Shown here: in pieces, positions 59,165 through 64,000 of the stretch
How the letters are laid out: every line of letters begins with the position of its first letter
Position numbering within the stretch: position 1 is the first letter of the stretch
Origin: Verrucomicrobiota bacterium
GTDB lineage: Bacteria > Verrucomicrobiota > Verrucomicrobiia > Opitutales > Cerasicoccaceae
DNA: 64,000 nucleotides
Direction: 5' to 3'
Assembly: GCA_039818205.1 (NCBI GenBank)
Contig: JBCBUK010000015.1
Coordinates: 38,980-102,979, forward strand
Position numbers and translations under genes: made by a program
The notes under the pieces: model-generated
What the model was told of the DNA's origin: nothing
The model's input: the letters and a program-made list of their open reading frames with translations, nothing else
Database searches by the model: none

Positions 59165-60350
59165 TGGTCGTCTCCTGAGGAAGTTTTACGTCGGTTGAAG
59201 TGGGTTCTGCGTCGGCCTTGTCGGCGTCGCCCGATCCTCGCCATTTCTTCCACCATTTTTTGATGTGATCTTCGTAGATGCCGGCCAGTCCCTTCGGGAG
59301 GAAGAGGACGATTACGATAAAGGTTGCGCCGTAGAGGAACATCCATACAGCCGGATACGCTTCTGAGAATGCAGTCTTCGCAGTGTTGACTAGCAATGCT
59401 CCGTAGACCGCGCCGAAGAGGCTTAGGCGTCCGCCCACGGCCGTGAAAATTACCATATCGATCGATGGCTGAACCCCGATCAAGTTCGGTGACATGAAGC
59501 CGACTTGGAGCGTGAACATCGCGCCTCCGATCGAGGAAACGACAGCAGCGAGGCAAAACACGAAGACTTTGAATGCTGTGATGTTGTAGCCAGTGAAACG
59601 AACGCGCGTTTCTTTATCTCGCTGCGCCATCAGAACCCGTCCAAGACGAGTTGATAGAATGTAGCGACAAATCAGAATGCAGAACAGTAGGAGGATAACG
59701 CAGGCGAAGTAGAGCGCCTTCTGGGCCCCGACTTCGCGGATGTCCCAACCCATCAATGTCCTGAGGTCAGTGATTCCATTAATGCCCCCGAAGTAGCCTT
59801 GGTTGCCAACGATGAAGTACCATAGGCAAGCGACCATAGACTGGGTCAAGATCGCGAAGACAACGCCAGTGACGCGTCCTCTGAAATAGAAGACACTCAT
59901 GATGAATGCCGCGATTGCAGGCAGGATCAGAATGAGCGCAATCGTTAGTGGAAAGCTCTTGAAGGGATACCAGAACCAGGGAAGCTCGGTCACCTGATTC
60001 CAGTCCATGAAGTCTGGAATTCCGGGAGTGGTTTGGATTGCCGTGCTTTCGGGATCAGATGCCTCTAGTTTAAGGAACATGGCCATACAGTAGCCGCCGA
60101 TCCCGAAGAAGATTCCCTGGCCAAGTGTGAGAATGCCACCGTGGCCCCAGCACATTACTAGTCCGATTGCGACGAAGGCGTAGCAAAGGTACTTGCCGGT
60201 TAAGTTAAGTCGGAAGTCGCTGAGTCCAATTGGGAGGACGACTAATAGCAGGGCGGCCAGAATAATGAATCCGAACATGCCCTCCTTATCCTTGAAAAGG
60301 CGCTGGTAGATCAGTTGGCCGATTGAAAGCTCTTTGTACTGAGAAGACAT
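59154..60350 (-). CDS. urtC: Urea/amide ABC transporter permease UrtC
   Basis: WGHGGILTLGQGIFFG, PDFMDWN, AVGGR. Confidence 0.92.
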   Translation of the reverse strand: MSSQYKELSIGQLIYQRLFKDKEGMFGFIILAALLLVVLPIGLSDFRLNLTGKYLCYAFVAIGLVMCWGHGGILTLGQGIFFGIGGYCMAMFLKLEASDPESTAIQTTPGIPDFMDWNQVTELPWFWYPFKSFPLTIALILILPAIAAFIMSVFYFRGRVTGVVFAILTQSMVACLWYFIVGNQGYFGGINGITDLRTLMGWDIREVGAQKALYFACVILLLFCILICRYILSTRLGRVLMAQRDKETRVRFTGYNITAFKVFVFCLAAVVSSIGGAMFTLQVGFMSPNLIGVQPSIDMVIFTAVGGRLSLFGAVYGALLVNTAKTAFSEAYPAVWMFLYGATFIVIVLFLPKGLAGIYEDHIKKWWKKWRGSGDADKADAEPTSTDVKLPQETTNVK

Positions 60351-60393
60351 TGCAGTAGCCTAAACGTTAAAATTTGTTGAGTTGTAAATTGGA

Positions 60394-61317
60394 TTAGCTC
60401 CGTACCTTTGCGGCAAACAGGCCCTTGTTGAACTTCATCAAGACCGCGAAGATGATCAGGTATAGCAGTACCTTTGCGATGGATCCCGACATGAAGAATT
60501 CGAGAATCGAGGAAAGGAATGCGAGGAATGCGCCTGAGATGAAAAGTCCAACGAGGCTTCCAAGCCCTCCGACAACAAGTACGAGGAATGAATCCACGAT
60601 GTAACTTGTTCCCGCTGTTGGTGAAGTGGACGCGATCGTTGTAAAGAAGGCACCGGCAACTCCAGATATGCCGCAAGCGATCCCGAAAGATACGCGGTCG
60701 GTCATCTTGGTGTTGATCCCGAGGGCGCCGGTCATTTCGCGATTTTGAGTCGTGGCCCGCATGCGAAGGCCCATGCGCGATTTTCGGGTGTAAAATACAA
60801 GACCACCGGTTAGTAGGACAGTCAGTCCGAGGAGGACGAGTCCGCTAATTGGAATGTCGATCATGTCGCTAACCGACCACGATCCGAGGAGCCATTCCGG
60901 CAGGTCCGCACTCATCTCGCGCGCTCCGATAAATGTTCGGAAGCATTGCTGCATGATGAGGCTCAATCCCCAGGTTGCTAGGAGTGTGTCGAGGGGGCGT
61001 TTGTAAAGTCGGCTTATCAGCGACCATTCGATGAGGAAGCCGATTATAAATGCAATTAGAAAGGCAAGGGGTATGGCGAGAATGACGTAGTAGTTGGTGA
61101 TGCTCGGAATCTTCTCGGTCACGAACTTCGAGAACAAGCACATGGTGTAGGAGCCTAGGACGAGAAACTCGGCGTGGGCCATGTTGATGACTCCCATCTG
61201 TCCGAACACAATATAAAGGCCCAGACCCATCAGAACAAAAATGCACATCAAGCTAATCCCACTAAAGGACTGCATGACTACGATTGAGAAAATCTCGTTT
61301 GCTGTATAGTCTCCCAT
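60394..61317 (-). CDS. urtB: Urea/amide ABC transporter permease UrtB (short form)
   Basis: FGQMGVINMAHAEF, RPLDTLLATWGLSL, YIVDSFLVLVVGG. Confidence 0.92.
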   Translation of the reverse strand: MGDYTANEIFSIVVMQSFSGISLMCIFVLMGLGLYIVFGQMGVINMAHAEFLVLGSYTMCLFSKFVTEKIPSITNYYVILAIPLAFLIAFIIGFLIEWSLISRLYKRPLDTLLATWGLSLIMQQCFRTFIGAREMSADLPEWLLGSWSVSDMIDIPISGLVLLGLTVLLTGGLVFYTRKSRMGLRMRATTQNREMTGALGINTKMTDRVSFGIACGISGVAGAFFTTIASTSPTAGTSYIVDSFLVLVVGGLGSLVGLFISGAFLAFLSSILEFFMSGSIAKVLLYLIIFAVLMKFNKGLFAAKVRS

Positions 61318-61357
61318 GTCTAAAACAATCTTTTTGAAATCTATTTTTTAGGGTAAC

Positions 61358-61392
61358 TTGTTGGCACCTAGCACGCTACCAGGTGCCAACAA
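61358..61392. other. Intercistronic stem-loop after urtA
   Basis: TTGTTGGCACCT/AGGTGCCAACAA 12-bp stem; such hairpins typically stabilise binding-protein mRNA. Confidence 0.6.
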
Positions 61393-61469
61393 TTACCTAA
61401 CTGAACAGTAAGTTTTCGTGTACTCTTACCGGTCATAAATGTGTTTCGTTAGTATAACCAACGGACGGC

Positions 61470-62711
61470 TTATTGATAGCCCTCTGGGAATGGATCCGGC
61501 TCGATCAGATCTTCTGAAGTAGCGATCAAATCAAATTGACCGTCCTTCTTGATCTTGCCAATTTTGGCTCGGCTCCAGAGGTGTTGGTTGGTGTCGTGAA
61601 TACGAACGTATCCTTCTGGTGCTTCAGCGAATTCGATGCCAGCATGGGCTTCGTGGATCTTATCGATGTCGAAACTGCCTGCCTTCTCAACGGCTTTCTT
61701 CCAGAGCCATGGGCCTAGGTAAGCAGCTTGAGTAACATCACCGATAACGGAGTCTTTACCCCAGCGCTTTTTGAAGGCGTCAACGAAAGCAAGGTTGCTT
61801 GGGTTGTCCTGAGATTGGAAGTACTTCATGCATGCATAGAATCCTTCTGCGTTCTCACCACCGATACCGAGTAGTTCGTCTTCGGTTGTGGAGATCGTGA
61901 GTAGGTTATACTTCTTCGAAGTGATACCTGCGGCCTTGAGCTGCTTGTACCATGCGACGTTACTACCGCCAACAACAACCGAGTAAATGAGGTCAGGCTT
62001 CTTGAGCTTGATCTTGTTGATCAAGGAACGGAAGTTCGTGTGGCCGAGCGGATAGTATTCCTCACCAACGACCTTACACTTCGGGTCCTTCTTCTTCAAG
62101 TAACGCTCGATGTGGTTACGGGCGATCTTGTTGGAAGTTCTGGGCCAGATGTAGTCAGAGCCAACTAGATAGAATGTCCGTGCTCCGAGGTTGTCGTATG
62201 CCCAGTCGAGACCCCAAATGATCTGTTGGGTAGCCTCTTGGCCGGTGTAGACAACATTCTTAGATGCTTCCAAGCCTTCATAGAAGGTTGGGTAATACAG
62301 CATGTTGTTCTCTTTTTCAAAAATTGGAAGCACAGCTTTGCGAGAAGCAGAGGTCCAGCAGCCGAACACGCAAGCAACCTTATCGTTCACGATAAGTTTC
62401 TTAGCCTTCTCGGCAAACGTCGGCCAGTCACTAGCGCCATCTTCCTGGATAACCTTGATCTGACGTCCAAGAACACCGCCCATATCGTTGATCTGTTCAA
62501 TGGCCAGCTGCTCCGCCTCAACGGATCCAGTTTCACTGATGGCCATGGTTCCCGTTAGGGAGTGGAGTTGGCCAACGGTAACTGTATCATCAGTTACGGC
62601 CAGCCCGGTAGTATTTACTTCTGACGTGGGCCAAGCAGTGCTATCGGCCCAAGCACTCGTAACGGTAGCTGCTGCGAGCGCCAATGTTGTAGCATATTTT
62701 TTTACCAACAT
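61470..62711 (-). CDS. urtA: Urea/amide ABC transporter substrate-binding protein UrtA/FmdD
   Basis: HSLTGTMAISE, EDGASDWPTFAEKA, FGCWTSASRKAVLP, GSDYIWPRTSN. Confidence 0.95.
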   Translation of the reverse strand: MLVKKYATTLALAAATVTSAWADSTAWPTSEVNTTGLAVTDDTVTVGQLHSLTGTMAISETGSVEAEQLAIEQINDMGGVLGRQIKVIQEDGASDWPTFAEKAKKLIVNDKVACVFGCWTSASRKAVLPIFEKENNMLYYPTFYEGLEASKNVVYTGQEATQQIIWGLDWAYDNLGARTFYLVGSDYIWPRTSNKIARNHIERYLKKKDPKCKVVGEEYYPLGHTNFRSLINKIKLKKPDLIYSVVVGGSNVAWYKQLKAAGITSKKYNLLTISTTEDELLGIGGENAEGFYACMKYFQSQDNPSNLAFVDAFKKRWGKDSVIGDVTQAAYLGPWLWKKAVEKAGSFDIDKIHEAHAGIEFAEAPEGYVRIHDTNQHLWSRAKIGKIKKDGQFDLIATSEDLIEPDPFPEGYQ

Positions 62712-62844
62712 AATATTTCTCTTAGCGTATTAGTTATTAATATTCCGAACCGTAAACCCGATCTGAGTCTAGACAGAATTGTAGCAGTCACAGCGGAGCT
62801 ATTTTAGCTCGAGGTGTAAGCCCGGAATGAATCGGCGCAACCTT

Positions 62845-62862
62845 TTGCACGATCTATGCCAA
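62845..62862 (-). promoter_or_regulatory. Sigma-54 (-24/-12) promoter for the urt-fmd operon
   Basis: Minus strand TTGGCATAGATCGTGCAA, GG-N10-GC. Confidence 0.7.
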
Positions 62863-63147
62863 CCTATAAATCGGTTATGTAACTAATCGAATCGTATTCG
62901 GAATATAAAATATATACATTCAGTTATTACGAATTGAATGATCGAATGAGGAACGTAGTACTTCGCGTGAGGTCGGCTAATAATAATCAACGATCATGTT
63001 CAAAATAGTTCAGGATGCCTCTTTAGCGTCAGCTACTGGGATCGAATTTGAACGAGCCATTAATGGGATTGATGGGTTCGTTATATTTTCATTCGTCAAA
63101 TGAATGGATTGATTCTCGGATCTCAGTAATCGGTGAATTTCACATGA

Positions 63148-63164
63148 TTGGCACGATCCCTGCC
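63148..63164 (+). promoter_or_regulatory. Sigma-54 (-24/-12) promoter for the NikR-like gene
   Basis: TTGGCACGATCCCTGCC, GG-N10-GC with a consensus TGGCACG. Confidence 0.65.
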
Positions 63165-63264
63165 ATTGTGCGAGGCCTAGCTACTAAATGCATGATGTTG
63201 CAGATGGGGTCATTCCATAGGGCCATCTGTTATTATTAATGCGTGTTAATGCCGGCTGCTTAAG

Positions 63265-63717
63265 ATGAGTTATCACAACAACAACCACGCTATACGCATC
63301 TCTGTATCGTTGCCTCCGACGATCGCGTCACGTTTTGACGAGATGATAAAGCGCCATGGTATGAGTAATCGCTCGCGTGCTATTACTGATATTATTGAGA
63401 GGCGCCTGATTGATGAGCGAGATTGTTATGATGAATCAACACTCTTGGGATCTATAACTATTTTTTACGATTCGAACGATTCGTTTCTCCCCGGGAGAAT
63501 TAAATCAATTTTGCGTAAGCATGTCGACGCCGTTGTGGGTGACAACACAACACACTCTGGAGACGGGCAAGTGATGGAGGTTGTCCTGTTGAGAGGTGCA
63601 GCGAACTTATTGTGGGAGATGGCCGATGAGATTGAGGCCATCAAGGACGTTCAATCGTGCGGCTTGGTGCTGAGCCGGAAATCACTTCCGATCTCGAGTG
63701 TCAACGGAAACCAATAG
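63265..63717 (+). CDS. NikR-like ribbon-helix-helix regulator with ACT-like C-domain
   Basis: RISVSLP...FDEMI...NRSRAITDII; GSITIFYD; MEVVLLRG. Confidence 0.85.
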   Translation: MSYHNNNHAIRISVSLPPTIASRFDEMIKRHGMSNRSRAITDIIERRLIDERDCYDESTLLGSITIFYDSNDSFLPGRIKSILRKHVDAVVGDNTTHSGDGQVMEVVLLRGAANLLWEMADEIEAIKDVQSCGLVLSRKSLPISSVNGNQ

Positions 63718-63779
63718 CCTTGGTTCTGTCGTCTAGAATTTTCTGCTAACTACCGATTCTCATACAAACCTAAACAAAC

Positions 63780-64000
63780 ATGACTGAAATGAAAGTATCA
63801 CAAACTAAATCTCGTGGGGCAGCGATTGCTGGCTTCACCATGCTAATGGGATTAGGAACTGCCTCAGCGCAGATTGCTGAGCCATTGACTGGCGATCCTG
63901 CGATGGCCAGTTCAGCTCCCGTTGAAGAAGTAGACGCTGGGTCTGCTGTTAGCGGCTCGATCAGCTTCGACTTCAACTCTCACTTTATCTCCTATGGCTT
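63780..64000 (+). CDS. Secreted, probable outer-membrane protein (3' partial; absent from the ORF track)
   Basis: Manual translation MTEMKVSQTKSRGAAIAGFTMLMGLGTASAQIAEPL...VSGSISFDFNSHFISYG: signal peptide then an amphipathic beta-strand; frame stays open to the window end. Confidence 0.7.
   Translation, partial: MTEMKVSQTKSRGAAIAGFTMLMGLGTASAQIAEPLTGDPAMASSAPVEEVDAGSAVSGSISFDFNSHFISYG

Noticed and set aside
62832..62849. Plus-strand sigma-54-like CGGCGCAACCTTTTGCA
   Set aside because: GG-GC spacing is 11 rather than 10; the overlapping minus-strand site fits.
63770..63976. 68-aa minus-strand ORF in the track
   Set aside because: It is the antisense shadow of the plus-strand signal-peptide ORF starting at 63780.
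1..64000. CRISPR arrays, tRNA/rRNA, transposases, prophage genes
   Set aside because: None were seen by eye or in the ORF translations.

Overview
The window looks like chromosomal DNA from a probably marine or saline Verrucomicrobiota (Opitutia-like) heterotroph; this is inferred from three PEP-CTERM proteins, a verrucomicrobial-style secreted-protein tail and algal-glycan enzymes. From left to right it holds: a partial PEP-CTERM beta-repeat adhesin; a decayed response-regulator remnant; a four-gene YqiJ/NfeD, SPFH, flotillin and giant AAA+ ATPase operon; an orphan rifamycin-phosphotransferase-type dikinase; a mosaic beta-helix/SprB/malectin secreted protein; a NarL-type two-component pair with a PEP-CTERM gene; a ten-gene USP, mrpABCDEFG, sbtA, aeRF1-like operon with a divergent wHTH regulator and two candidate operators; a sulfotransferase, DUF2306 and MpaB/Lcp-oxygenase trio; GH16, a 1792-aa PEP-CTERM protein, a GH43-like enzyme and GH29; an L-galactose-type sugar-acid catabolic operon; an AraC/NmrA/DUF1772 module; and an urtABCDE-fmdAB operon with divergent sigma-54 promoters and a NikR-like regulator that has lost its nickel ligands. 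The best candidates for undescribed systems are the flotillin/AAA+ operon and the Mrp-SbtA-hibernation-factor-like operon. I saw no rRNA, tRNA, CRISPR array or transposase. All family assignments come from motif recognition by eye, not from database searches.
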